Positions 1-13,344 of a DNA stretch of 64,000 nt are shown here, one piece after another (the stretch's first letter is position 1; each line of letters begins with the position of its first letter). A program made the translations under genes and the position numbers. Where the stretch lies: the NCBI RefSeq assembly GCF_009914755.1, contig NC_060942.1, one strand, 5' to 3'. Below the pieces are notes generated by a model. The model searched no databases and was not told the origin of the DNA. It was given only the letters and a program-made list of their open reading frames with translations. The DNA comes from the human T2T-CHM13v2.0 reference genome, Homo sapiens.

Positions 1-299
1 GTACCCTGTTACACTTCTGATTGCTCTGCCATTTTGCATGTGGTAGCTTGCACCATGGAGCTATGAGTGCCTTCTGAATTGCTCTCCAACAAGATGCTCA
101 TTGCTTTTGACAATGTCCTTAAGCATGGAATTCTCCACGCTCCATTCCAAATAAAGCCAGCCCCTGCAGGCCGAGCTGTGGAGTTCTTCGTCCCTGAGAT
201 CTGCCTCTTTGGCCTGCCTCTTCCTGAGCAGCACTTCTGTTCCACTGCACAAGAGCTGGGGGTAGAACCCACTCTTGTCCCAGAGTGACATCCTGCTCC

Positions 300-905
300 G
301 CCAGCAGGTACGGAGTGTGTGTGGCCTGTACCTTCCTGGCTTGCCTTTCCTTGTATGGAGCCTCAGCCTTAGAAGTGAGCTGGGATGAAGGTGATCAGGG
401 CCTCACTATTCTCTCCTAGCTATGCCTGGGGAAAAGCTTCAGTCCTACGAATAGAAGTTAGGTGGAGGAAAGGAATCCTGGGCCTCTTAGTCACCCCCGC
501 CTACAATGGAATTTCTGTAAAATGGGGCTGGAAGATGAGAAACTCTGTCAGCCCATTCCTCCCATGGTGAAACTGTAGCCCCAGGCTGGGGAGCTGGGGA
601 GCTGGGGAGCTGGGGTGGTGGTGGGAAGAGTCTCATTTTCTTGGTTGCATCTCCCTGGATTAGAGCTCCTCAATCAGTTTCCCTAAGCTTGGGGTGGAAG
701 GTAAGGGTCATGACTGAAATGCCACAGACCCCTGTCTTAATGAGATTTAGCTGATTTTCTCATTTTCTTGAATGAATATTACCCTATTTACTTTAGGATA
801 ATTCTCTTTAAAAAACTATGTTTTTAAAAAATGCTTTCCTCCTGATAAATGGATGTTTACTGGGGAGAGATTCTGAGGGACTCTTCACTCTTCTCTGGAG
901 TCATC
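300..905 (-). mobile_element. Old L1M (L1MD/L1M4-like) 5'-region fragment
   Basis: 'ctgaaatgccacagacccctgtcttaatgagatttagctg...ttcttgaatgaata' and 'ggagagattctgagggactcttcactc' resemble reverse-complemented old L1 5' UTR; boundaries approximate. Confidence 0.4.
588..615 (+). repeat. (GGGGAGCT)n short tandem repeat with G-quadruplex potential
   Basis: Four GGGG tracts at 588, 596, 604 and 612 separated by AGCT. Confidence 0.8.
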
Positions 906-1046
906 TTTCCCTTTGCGTTATAAATAATTCAAATAACACAAATAACGACTCCTACCTTTGGGTATACATTTTTTCACAACGAAAATTTTCTCTTCTATTA
1001 CTTCTCTATATGTTTTATATACTAATACCCTTATCTCAGTATTTTA

Positions 1047-1343
1047 TTTTATTTTTTTTGAGATGGGGTCTCACTTTGTGGTCCAGGCTAGAGTGCAGTG
1101 GCATGATCACAGTACACTATAGCCTCGAACTTCTGGGCTCAAGTGATCCTCCCGCCTCAGCCTCCCCTGCAGCTGGGACTATAGGCATGTGCCACCATGT
1201 CTGGTTAATTTTCCTTTTCTTTTTGTAGAGATGGGTTCTCACTATGTCTCACGGGCTCTTCTTGAACTCCTGGGCTCAGGCAATCCTCCCTCCTCAGCCT
1301 TCCAAAGTGCTGGGATTACAGGTGTGAGCCACTGCACTCAGCC
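1047..1343 (-). mobile_element. AluJ
   Basis: Full Alu dimer, antisense; 15-bp TSD tatctcagtatttta at 1032-1046 and 1344-1358. Confidence 0.95.
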
Positions 1344-2649
1344 TATCTCAGTATTTTAAATAACAGAGCCACCAATAATTAGTGCACTGCAGGACAGAGC
1401 AAAGAGCTAATCCTCACTCAGATCGATCTGCATTTGAACAGCACTCTATTGTTTCACAATGCTATTGAAATGATAATAGCACTTTGTCCTCATTGGGAAG
1501 TGACTGGAATGTGTTTAGCAATACGGAATACGGTGAGGATGACAGCCGAAGGCACACAGGTTGTTCTGGCAGAGCTAGGACTAGAATCAGGGCTCCAGAC
1601 TTCCAACTCTTCCAAGCTAAAAAGAGTGAATTAGACAAAAGCACTCTTTAAAAAAAAATCTGCTTATTTTATGTCTGGAGTAGGAGCTTATCTACCCACA
1701 AAGATGTGGATCACTATTAATCTGGAAATTTTCTGTTTCTATATTTTAATTTAGTAACAATGCGATGAAACTTGTGCTTTTGATAAGATTTCCTATGAAA
1801 TGAGACATCATTTGGATACATAAATATTCTCACTGGCAAAATTACTTGACATAGGCACCTATTTATTTGATACAATGACTGAATTTTAAGTATCTCTTTG
1901 AGGTTTAAAAAAAGCCATTGAAAGTGAAAAAGAGAAACAACCTTTTAACAGCAGAGGGGGCTGGCTGAATTAATAAAAGGGACTGCTGAATTACAATTTA
2001 TCATTTAACTGAAGGATTCTTTTCAATACAATCACTACTTTGAAAATGAATATTTATTATGACTGAAAATTAGTGAAGATTAATTATAATGCTATTTATT
2101 AGGAGACCTTTAAAAACCATCCCTTGTTTGAAAAACACTTATAAAGCTCCTAGTTGTTCAGACATTTATGTTAGCAACTGTTAAAAAAAGCAGTGAGCTG
2201 CTACTAAATATATCAGAGTGCCCAATTAAATTTCTACAGGTCATCAGATGGCGTCACTGACTGGTGGAAAGGCTGAAGTTAAATCCTTCATCCTAAAGGA
2301 AACAATCAGACAACATGAGTTCTGTATCTAATCCGCAGCATGACAGAAAGCCAATAGGAAAAAGTGAATTGCACATCACTCGTGGCTTTTCATAACCATT
2401 GTCCACAGTTTGATCTTGATGTGAACCACTGAGACATAGCTTGTAATCATAAAATCTGCAATGTCAGTGAAGCAATGATAGACAGGTAAGAACGAGATTG
2501 GTGCTCAAAGCAGCTAGGGAGGTCTATAGGTTTCGCCTGACAAGAGAACAGATCAAAATATGGCAGAGTAATTGCCCACCATTTCCACTGTTTCTTTTTC
2601 TTCTAAATTAAAAGTACTCAGTCATGCAAACAAACCGATTGTAATGTCT

Positions 2650-2778
2650 GCCTTTCCTTCTTTCCTTCCTTCCCTTCCTTCCCTTCTCCCTCCCTCCGTC
2701 CTGCCATCCTCCTCCCTTTCTCTTTCTCTCTCTCCCTCTCCCTCCCTCCTTCTCTCCTCTTTCTTTTTCTTTCTTTTA
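2650..2778. repeat. CT-rich polypyrimidine low-complexity tract
   Basis: ttcc/ctct-type simple repeats. Confidence 0.85.
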
Positions 2779-3280
2779 TTAATTCACCAAATATTTACCG
2801 AATGCCTACAGTAGGCTAGGCACTTCGTTACTAGGCTAGATACTGGGCTAGGCTAGCTACAGGGATATAGCAGAGAACAAGGTAGACACAGACCCTGTTC
2901 TCAGTACCCACATTCTCATGGTGGTGGTTGGAGGAGGTGGGCACAGACAGTGAATGCATAAACAAATGCAAGATGAGTTCTGGTTATGGTGGCTGTTAGG
3001 CAAGACGGACACTGGTTCACGTGACAGAACTTGTCTAGAGTGGGGGTGCAAGTTGGGGTGTGTGAGGTGGGATAGAGATTGGGCCATGCCAGTTAGGCCA
3101 TTAGGAAAGACCTGTTTTAAGACCTGAGAGTGAGAAGGAACTGACTGTGAGAAGAACATTCCAGACAGAGGAAACAGCAAGAGCAGAATCCCTGAGACAG
3201 GAAAGGGTGTGCAGGAACTCAAGGATAGATTGATGTAGAGGAGGTAATGCTGTGGAAGTCAGGATGGGCAAGAGGATGAA
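2779..3280 (-). mobile_element. L2 3' fragment
   Basis: 'attcaccaaatatttaccgaatgcctac...ggcact', 'acaaggtagacacagaccctg', 'gaacattccagacagaggaaacagc' match antisense L2 3' end. Confidence 0.75.
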
Positions 3281-3281
3281 G

Positions 3282-3771
3282 GGACAAAGCATCTTTGGTT
3301 GGCCAGACTTTATGTAGGCTTCTGAACCTTCTCCTAGGCCCATCCAGGCACTTCCTTGTAAAATCTACTTTTAGCAAAGAACCCTGCTAAGTCACTTTGG
3401 CAAGAACCCCTCACCCCCCGTCCTCAACATCTGATCACTCTCGATTCTGATCAGGTTCCTCATCCTCCACCATCCCCCAGGTGATGTCTGGTTATCCTGG
3501 CCTGCCTTCATCAAGAATCCTGTTAGGTCAATTTAGCCAGAATCCCCCTTACTCCTGATGTTTCTTCCTAGCAATTTCCCATCCACTGACCCCTACCCTG
3601 CCCCTTGACTGCTAATTCCCACTTGCTCATGCCATACTCAGAGTTGTGCCCAATCTCTCTCCCCTACTGCAAGACCCTGTTGCAGTGGTCCCTGTACCCA
3701 TCGTGATAGTCCTGAATAAAATTTTCCTTATCATGCTTTAACAAGTACCATTGAATAATTTTTTCTTTAAC
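3282..3771 (+). mobile_element. MER31-type solo LTR (ERV1)
   Basis: 'ctgatcaggttcctcatcctccaccatcccccaggtgatgtctg...aagaatcctgttaggtc', AATAAA near 3715, ends 'tctttaaca'. Confidence 0.85.
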
Positions 3772-3789
3772 AGTAGGAATATAATGATG

Positions 3790-3995
3790 ACCAACATTTA
3801 CTGAGAGTTTGCTGTGTGTCAGCTCCTCTAAGAAACTAACATGTATTATCTCATTTAATACCCATGACAAACTTAGAAAGTAGGTATTAGTATTATCTTC
3901 TTTTTAAAGGTGAGGAAACTAAATCCTAAGTCAGGCAAAACTGGGAGTTGAACCAAGGTTGTCTGACTCCAGCATCTGTGAGTTTAAATACTATG
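3790..3995 (-). mobile_element. MIR
   Basis: 'tattatctcatttaat...ggtgaggaaact' antisense MIR core. Confidence 0.75.
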
Positions 3996-4485
3996 CTTTA
4001 GTATTAGAGGGAATGCAATCATGTGGAAGTGAGCAGGCTAGACAAGGGCTCTATCATGATCCAAAAATATGTATGGCAAACCCTATGCCTGTGATGGTGT
4101 AGTAGCAGCTCCATAGAGAAAGTTGCATAGACACAACCTTTGCTTTCAGTGTATTTATAACCAGGAAAAGACAAATGTTATAGCAGGAGGGGTTATAGGA
4201 GGGGAAAAATATTAAACCAAAAAGCAAATGCATGGTTACAGTTCAGTCATCACATGCAGGCGAAAACTTAAATGATAGTTCACTTTAGTCCTTAGCTAAG
4301 TAGTTGTGTCCATTTCAGACTGAAATCTTATTCTGTAATTCCCAAGAAAGGCCTTTTCCGCCACGATTACTGTGTTTTCGCTTTCTTATTTTGAGGGGGT
4401 GATGCGGGAGAAATACATGAAGCTATTGTTCCAGAACAGGTTAGTCATGAGGTCTAACCTCAAGCTGGCAAGTCCCTGTGGAACT

Positions 4486-4985
4486 GTAGTGAAAATGTTT
4501 TTACGTTTTTTGCACTGTTAGGACTTTCTAAACTAATTGTACTAAATTCTAGGACCTGAGCTAAAAGGCAAGCCTGCCAGTTAAATGATGATTGATTAGA
4601 TGGTAAGAGACCATCCAGAGAGATCTACCTCCCTGGAGGTAAGTATTTGTATTTTCATTTCAAGGGGAGAATGAGACCTGAGACCATGGAGACATCCTAA
4701 GGTTGTAAAGCTGGAGAGGCGAGACTTTGTCTACTCCTTGGAGAGATTTATTTGCATTCCAAAGGCTAAGAATAGGAACTCAGGATCCTTGCCAAAGAGC
4801 AAAGGTTCTCCCTTCTCTTTCAGGAGGGAAGGGGAGATGGCTGTCCCTCTCCTATATAACTACCCAGGTTCATCTTTGGGGGATTTCTTGCCTACAGTGG
4901 ACCCTATTTGCTTCTCACTCCATTGCCCCAAGGGTAAGAACTGGGGCTAAAGGGATCTGGAGTGGAAATTATTGTATAAGTAGTG
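4486..4985 (+). mobile_element. Degenerate ERV1-class LTR (MER89/MER90/MER110-like)
   Basis: TG start, TATA-like 'ctcctatataac' followed by 'ccaggttcatctttggggg'; family assignment weak. Confidence 0.35.
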
Positions 4986-5790
4986 ATAATTAATCTGTTC
5001 TGCTTCAGAAACCTTGTGTTTGCATTCAGGGTAGTATTAGTAAATATAGAATTGGAAACTTAGTATCCTTCCAGCTCTTTCTCCCTCATGGGCATCAACG
5101 GACAAGATGGGAGGAGGGAAGCACCAGCCTATGTAGGTGGGTGGTGGGAAGGAGGGGTGGAGTCAGGGGAGTTTTAGTGACCAGGGAGCCTGGACTCTGG
5201 GCCAGTTCACTTCCTGCATTCCAGGTGCAGGAAAGGAGAAAGGGGGATCAGTTTGACTGCTAAGTTAAATGTAGGCCGAGGAAACTGTTTCCAGTAGGTA
5301 GAACTGGGACAATATACACTCTCAGGGCCATAGGAGACCCTCCATAATTACATGCATAAGGATGCACAGAGGAGAGGGAGGGAGGAAGAAAGGAAGGGCC
5401 CAATAAAGTCTACTCGTGGAAATATACTCGGACTGTGGGACAGAAACAATGTTCAGGAACATAAAAAGTGACCATCTTAAGTAATGCTTACCTAATATGA
5501 CTAAATGACCCTACATGCCCAGCTGGGCAGAACAATTAGAAATGCTGATCTACTCTTCAATCAAGAGGGAAGTCACTGGAGCTGCTGAACGAACAGAGCA
5601 TAACCCATGAGTTGTGGAAACTGCAATGGAACGGCGCCAGCAATTGCCCTGCGAATACAAAAAGCGGAGGGCCCTCCTCTCCCTTCCTCAGGGTCTTAAT
5701 CTACACTCAACTTCTCAGGGACTTTGGGCAAAACAGAATACTGTTTATAAGGCGGGTTTCTGGTAACAATGTGTGGGTTGGTTTTGCCCC

Positions 5791-6254
5791 TGGAGGGGTT
5801 AAAATGCACTATTCTGGCATATTCACCATTTAAGTCAATGCCACATGAACATCAGCAGGTGTGAAAAGATCACTCTGAGATTCTTGGTGTTTCTTAAAAG
5901 CAGAAGGTGAAATTCCCATGTTAAAGATGCGCTCCTAGAGGAAGCAATATTCTTATCATCAAGGATGGAAAGTCAATCGCAAGAGAATTCTGAACAGATA
6001 TTGCTGAACTAACTCCTGTCCACTAAGGCTCCCCACATAATTTGGTTGTTTTCTTCACAACTGACTGCTCTTTGTCCAATCTGACATATGAGTATCTGAC
6101 ATTGCTTCTTGGGGTCTTCATTTCTTCCTGAGAGCTCCTGTGCCAAGAAAAACTTGTAATATGCTTTCTCCTATGAATCTATGTTATGTCAATTTCACTC
6201 TCAAACTCAGCCAGGACCCTAGAAGGATGGAGGTGGAATTTCTCCACCCCTACA
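5791..6254 (+). mobile_element. MER34-family solo LTR (ERV1)
   Basis: 'ttcttaaaagcagaaggtgaaattcccatg', 'ggggtcttcatttc', 3' end 'cagccaggaccctagaagg...cccctaca'. Confidence 0.8.
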
Positions 6255-7069
6255 CCTCCAAAATGAATATTACCAGAATTTAATATTATTGGGAAAAAAT
6301 GTTCGAATAATCCTCATGCCTCTAAAAGTCATTATATCTCTCACCAACTGTAAATAGCTTAGAATGTTGAATTTTGGAGTAGATGAAGAAAGAAAGATCT
6401 CAGCAGTTTGGGCTCAGAATCTAGACACATAATGACAGGCCAGGGCCTCTGGCTCGTAAGATACGGAACAGCTTTGGCCTCAAGCAGAGCTTGGGTCTCC
6501 ACTGACACTATCAGCTCAATTTGAAACAATGGCCTTGTTTTCAGAAATCCTTCACCATAAAATATTTTGCTATTTCATTAGTCACCATTAAAAGTGTTAA
6601 AAATGATTCATTCAATACTTTGTATTTTCTATTAAGGAGGAATAAAAGTATTGACTCATTCAATACTTTTTATTTTCCTATTAAGGAGGAAGGTTTACAT
6701 GCTTGGTGTTTTCTCTCCAGGGTTCAGAGTTCATGAGAATCACATTCTCTTGATATGGGCTATTTCCTAGCCTGAAACAGAGAAAGGCCATGCATACATC
6801 CCAGGATTTTAGCCATTGTTACCAGCAGTAGAAACTTTGACAGGCCTTCCTGGAGACCATCCACCACTAGCCAGAGTTCATGGGCAAGACTAGGTACCCC
6901 GGAATCAGGGCCTCGAGCATGGCAAGCAAGCATGGGGTCCAGGTTGGTGGGCAAATGTCATAGCCTCAGTATGACAATGGCCAGCAAAGGCCAGTGATAG
7001 AGTTGGATGAAGCTTAGGTATCAGTATATAGGAGCAAGGCAAGGGGTCACTTATTGTAGACTTAGTGCA

Positions 7070-7400
7070 TAGAAACATTTAAAAAGCACAGTACCAGGCA
7101 TTATGCCAGGCACTGGGAGGCACACAGATGAGTGAAGAGGGGTGCTTATGGGTGATGGATATGTAAATGGACAATTACAATACACAGCAGTGCATATGTT
7201 TGAAATGTGCACAGGTCATCATGAGGGCACAGTGAAAGGGCCTCCAGCCCAGCCTAGCAGTAGGAAGTGGGGGGGCTACAGGAGGAGGCCAGAGAAGGCT
7301 CCCTGGAGAATGGATGCCTGAGCTGAGTCATAACAGATGCAGAGCAATTCACCAGACAAAGGAGAGAAGCATTCCCATCATTAGGGACAACAGGCTGGCC
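7070..7400 (-). mobile_element. L2 fragment
   Basis: 'gtaccaggcattatgccaggcactggg...cagagaaggctccctggag...cctgagctgagtc'. Confidence 0.65.
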
Positions 7401-10055
7401 TCACATTGTGTTGCTGTGGATTGCAGACTCAAGCAATATTGGCAAAAAGCCCCAGACTCAGTGTCTATCTGTGTAGACATAGGGCTGGAATAGTGGAGAC
7501 TCAAGAGGCAGGTCTGCATGAGACATGGTCAGGGCCAGGGAAGTGTGGTAACCCCAGGAAGGCTGAGCTGTGCACTTAAAACAAACAAACAAAAACAAAC
7601 AAACGAAAAACAAAAACAAATCCAGGAAGGTGTGTATTAGGACAAAGGGCACAAACTCTAATCACAGGGGAAAGTAACGGACGTTGAAGAAACTAGATTG
7701 AAGTTGACAAAGCAGTGAAACTAGATACACCTGGACCTGTTTCTTGGCCAGAGATTTACTGTTTTTATGTCTTGGTCTCAGGCCAAAAATTTGTCCTAAA
7801 ATTAGAGCAGGGCACTGGGTTCACAGGTGGCTGCTACGAACATTTCCAGGGCCAGAGTGACTGGAGCCACAGGAACAGGGAATCACAGAGAAACAAAAAA
7901 CTAAGGGCACAAGCCGCAGTGGGTGAGACTTGATGAGCAAGGCAGTTTTCTGACCTAGTTCAGGCTTCCCCTTTACTTTCCTGTGTGGCAGGAATCAATC
8001 CCAGCACAGCTGGACTCAGGCTCATAGATGGAAGCTTGCAATTTGAAGCACCTGGCCAAGGCAGCCTGCACCGAGCAGGGACACAGCTGTAGCTTTTTGT
8101 AAGTGAGTCCTCTCATGGGTAGGGGTAGGGGGATCACATTAAAAAATAAATAAAAGCTACTGCAAAGATGGATATAGCAGACCTCTCTATATTATTAAAC
8201 ACTTTGTCTCAGAGCTGATTTTATATTGCCCTTAAGTGCAGAGATAGCAATAGTCAACTCAGCAGTGCACCAACTCATTCGCTCAAAATTACAAAGGGAC
8301 AACTTCTAAGATCACATCTCTCAGGAAAATACAAAGCTTGTTTGCCATCTAGCCCGAATTAACCTGTTCAATATCATGCACAAATGCACAGTTTAAAATA
8401 CTTGCCCAGCACATTTTTAAACATCTCTATACCTATTTGCTTTATATCGTTGTATAAATGGAGTATGCATACATGTGTGTATGTGTCACATATACACACA
8501 TACAGGGTAAATATATGTTTATATGCAGGTAGATATATTAGCCCTGCATTTATAGTTCTAAAGAAATGAGAATGCTTTTTTTCTTGGAAGAACCCTTTAG
8601 AAATTTATAGGTGCTTAGCATCATAAAATGGCTTTTCCCCTGACCTGCCACAAGTCTGTGGTGCAACCTCACAGCAGCAATCTCATTACTCTAACAGTGG
8701 TTACATATGGTGCTTCAAGATTTTTATTTTTAAATCACAGAAACCCAAAAACGTAGATATCAAAGACACTTTTCAAAGGCAACTTCTAAAAAGGATAAAA
8801 CCTCTTCAGACAGCTGTCCCAGATTAATGAAACCTTTCTCCCTCAAGGGAAATGAGAACATCCTACAGGAAATAGCAAAAGGTGGCATGACAGTATCTCC
8901 AGAAGATGAATTTCCTTCACTTCATTTATAGCACTAACCCTTCAGTTCTGCCTTAAGATCAGATTTGCATAATCATATTTTGTATCCCTGATCATTTGGC
9001 TTATGACACTGTAATATCAGTTGAAAATTTCCAAGAATAACTATATCATTTCAGAAGAGGAACTGGAAGCAGCCACCAGAGTTGAACCTGTAAGCAAGGT
9101 GGCAGTTCTGAACATCAGCAGGAGCTACTATGCATGATTTGAGATTATTCAAAAGCCAGCATGCACCTTCACACCCTTCTCAAAGTAGGGTGTGGTACCG
9201 GCTGGCTGAGAAAATAGATTAGCAGTCAATAATACACTTTTAAAAGAATAACTATTTTTCCAAAGGGGAAAAAACATGATTTAGTCTCTTTTTTCCACCC
9301 TATCAGGGTATTGACTACTTGCATTTTTTGGTAATCATTAGTCATTTTACTGCAAAAATGAAGAGGTACAAAAATACAATGTAGGAAAGAGAGAAGAGAA
9401 AAGAAAAGGAAGATTTCAAATTCAGAAGAATACATCTGGAAGCATTTATTTAGTTGATCCATTGATGAAAGAAAAAAGTCAATTGATTTCACAAGGCAAA
9501 ATTGGGGCTACTTTACTAGTGTATTTCCCAGCAGTTGACTTGATAATGATTTTTCAAAATAAAATATATTATCTGAAAAACATAACTCAGCATAATTGTA
9601 AGAATCATACATTTGCTACAAAATAGAAAAACATACTAAAATACTATTTTATTGCTAATTTGTCATCTAATGTAATGGTGAATTAAGACCTCAGAAAATA
9701 AGGCCTGAAACACAGGAAATTTAAAAATATTTGTCCCAGGTATGCCACAAACTGTGTGAAGCTTTCATATGTAATTTCTTGGCTTATTCAATTAAATTAT
9801 CCAATCACTGTGAAAAGAAACACATGTAAAACATTCATTTTACATGGTTCAACACTATGCAACAGGTTCATGTGTCAAAAGAAATCACTGACTACAATAG
9901 TCCACAGTAAGACTGAGCTTTTTCAAAAAGCATTTTGAGTTTGACATAAATCTTGTTTTTTATGGGATATTTCTTCCTTTGTTAGTTACACAATATTTCC
10001 CCTCAATAACAGCACTAAGTTCAGTAACAGCATTCTATGTCACTAGAGAAAATCA

Positions 10056-10394
10056 TGGTTGGTCCTTCATATCTGTGGGTTCAACATCCGTGGATACAAT
10101 CAACTACCAATTAAAAACATTCAGGAAAAAAATTGCATCTGTACTGACCAGATACAGACTTTTTTTTCTTGTTATTATTCTCTAAACAATACAGTATAAC
10201 AATTACTTACATAAGATTTACATTGTACTATGTACTATAAGTAATCTAGAGATGATTTAAAGTATACCGGGGGGATGTGAGTAGGCTATATGCAAATACT
10301 ACATCATTTTATACAAGAGACTTGAGCATCTGTGGATTTTGGGATCCAAGGCCATGCTTGTTGCCAATTCCCCTCTGATACCAAGGAATGACTG
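10056..10394 (+). mobile_element. MER2 (TcMar-Tigger MITE)
   Basis: Full-length match including 'ctaaacaatacagtataac...agtaatctagagatgatttaaagtatac' and terminal 'gaatgactg'. Confidence 0.9.
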
Positions 10395-12437
10395 CATGTA
10401 TCTCCTGCAACTGCTGATTCCACACGTGAAAATGTGATTATATTACTTGACATTTATGTGTCACTTTTTGTTTTCTAAATGCTTTACAATTTCCTATGGG
10501 ATTCAAATGAGCAGAAAAGAAAGCCCCCAGTACACAGGAAGGCATGAACCATGGAAACATCTCCAACTGCTAAGTTCCTACAGAGAGACACGGGTCCTTA
10601 CAAAGTAATACTGGCCTGAAGAAGCAGGACCAAGGAGCATGCTATCAGCGAGGATCCAAGTTAATACCCCAGACCTCCAAGGCTGGACCACATTTACCAA
10701 TGGAGAGAAAAATACATGCCCAAGATGAGAGTGAACGACAGAAGCCAACACAAGATCTCCTGACTTTCCATATGACATTTTGCATCACTGAAGATTACGC
10801 TACTCTGAAGACCTTGACTGAACAACTAACTGCTGGTAAACACCGGCATTTTTTTTTTAACTTGTAGTTTTCCTGAAATGCCTGGAAATTTTCCTTCTAA
10901 AGGTTGTGCTCAGTATTCGAGAATAAGTTAAGGCTAAGTTCATAACAATAACAAAGGCTATAGAGTGAACAGAAGTTTTTTTGGTTTGGTAAGGAAGGGA
11001 GGGGCAAGGGGCATTTGCAGTCAAAGGCCATCTATAAGTACAATTGTATTATTTACACCTAATTATTAAAATCATAATAGAGGGGCTACCGAAATGTGAC
11101 AGCTAAATTAGTGCTCACTGCATGAAGCACAAGAAAATAAAAGAATCCTTTTGATAAATTCCACAGAGAGAAAAACTAACGTAATGATATTTGGCAATGA
11201 AGACGGGTAGCACCTTTAAAGATTAAGAGAAACCCATAAGGAGCTTCCAATTTCCAATCTAAATTCAAGTATTACACACACATATAATAGTTTGGGCAAG
11301 CATATGGCTGTCCGGACTACACTATGGTAATGCAGTATCTCAGCATTGTCTTTTCATTAAAAATTGTATTGGGCCACATCAGGCAGCTCCTCTATCTTTC
11401 CTTCATCATGAAGGAGAGGGTGGGAAATCGTGGTGCGTCATAGAATGAAACTAGTCAGAAGCACTGGTTCATCATCCTCACAGGCCAATCTGCTTTCTTG
11501 TAGATATGTGCTTTTCTAAGACTACAAGGAACACTGCGACTTTCCCTGAGGCTTTGGGTTACTGGAAGATGAGGAAGGATAAATGTGAAGTTGTGGACTG
11601 TTTTAAATTCCACCTGACCATTCTGCTTTCCTGAGCAACCTACCCACGCCAATTTAGTACTGGCTTTCTTCAGAGCATTAGGACAATGGGATTCTGTCTA
11701 CAGCTGTGCCATGAACGGACTCTGATTCCTTAGGCAAAGAATCTCTTCTTGCTAAAATAGTTAATTTGAAGGAATAACAGGAATATATAAAATAATGTCT
11801 CAAAGTGTTTTGGTCACCTGGTAAAGAACTAGATTTCACATGAATGCAACATAATCAGTACTATCCTTAGCTATTGATGACATATCTAAATGGGACATTC
11901 TGGGCATTGTCCGGAGCATGCTGAACAGAAGCATTATATTTTCTTAGAAAAACTTAATGGTGCCCTCATTTGACCAGCTTTTCACCATGTCCAAACCTTC
12001 CAGAACATTGTGATTTAAATGATCATAGTCTGTTCAATTTCACTGCAAGAACATCATTACATGTTTTATTATAAGAACATTAAATATTTTCCTTCCGTGT
12101 TGGTTTTTCAAGCTGTTCTTGTTCTAGAGTAAAAGTTTCATGTACTCTAACAAAACCTTTTCAGTTATACAGACAGGTAACTATCTCCTATTTCCCAAAT
12201 TTTCAGAATGAGTAAATTCCAGAGGCACTGATGATACCAATATACTCATATTACCTCAAGTGAAGAAAGAAAGGAACACACGAACACAGATAGTACCTGG
12301 AATAGTGATTATTTAATAGTAAGTGATGGATTAGTAAGTGAATGTGTAAGTGACATCAGCAAAATTGAGTGAAGATCCCAGTGACATCTAGATGTGATTA
12401 GAAACTCTTACCATTTCAACACTTGTAAGTTCAGGAC

Positions 12438-12800
12438 ATTCATTTATTTTATATTTATTTATTGAATCACTTGTCATTTATGTGCCACTTTCTGTTTTCT
12501 AAATGCTTTACAATATTAGAATCTAGGAAGACAGTGGTGAGGAAGACAGATTCAGTCCTTGTTCTTGTGAAGTTTACATTCCAGTAGAAGGGGCAGGACC
12601 ACACCCTCCCATCGCACACACATACACACAGAACATGAACACGGACCACAAGAGAGCGGCACATTGCGACTAATGTCAGGGTCATCACAGAGAAAGAGCC
12701 GAGGGAGCCGTTACAGGTAAGGGAAGGCTGTTCTGAGAAGGTGACATTTTGGCAAAGATCTTTTAATGGAGGACAGAGGAGGCAGGAAAACAACCAGAGA
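12438..12800 (-). mobile_element. L2 3' fragment (contains a 46-bp copy of 10445-10490)
   Basis: 'attcatttatt...attgaatcac' then 'acagtggtgaggaagacagattcagtccttg...gtttacattccagtag', 'gaaggtgacatttt'. Confidence 0.7.
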
Positions 12801-13344
12801 ATGCCTAGCAAGAAGTTGGCCTGTTGCAAAAACTGTGAGAAAATCATCCACTCTGATTGGCGAGGATGTGGCCAGCAGGGGGAATTGCAGGAAAATATGA
12901 CAAGGATTTACCCAAGAAGGGACTATTTGCATATAATTGTATTAAAAAAACCAGAGCCATAAACACATGTAATATTGATAAACAATGTCTTTTATGATCA
13001 CAAACAGCATTACAGTGTCTTTTTTTTCAGAAATATATTATGCAACTATTTATATCCCAAGATAACTGCAGACATTCAGACATTCACAGAAAGAAACAAA
13101 GACCGTTATTGTCTCCAGTTTATGAGCTTCAGGAAAAAAACGTGGGCGTGTGTGTGTGTGTGCGTGCAAGCACGTGTAAGAGAGAGAGCAAGAACAGTTA
13201 ATTACTAAACATTAGAAGAAAGTCAAACCATGTGTGGGCTCATGTCATTCAGGCCATCACAATCATTTTATTCCACATGACAAATGGAATAAGAAATAGT
13301 GATATTTAAAAGTAAAACATGCGAAGAACTGTAATACTTTAAAG

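Noticed and set aside
818-1228. 136-aa ORF and similar ORFs at 32223-32604, 35916-36134, 46344-46884, 53275-53647 and 56244-56480
   Set aside because: Alu-derived reading frames
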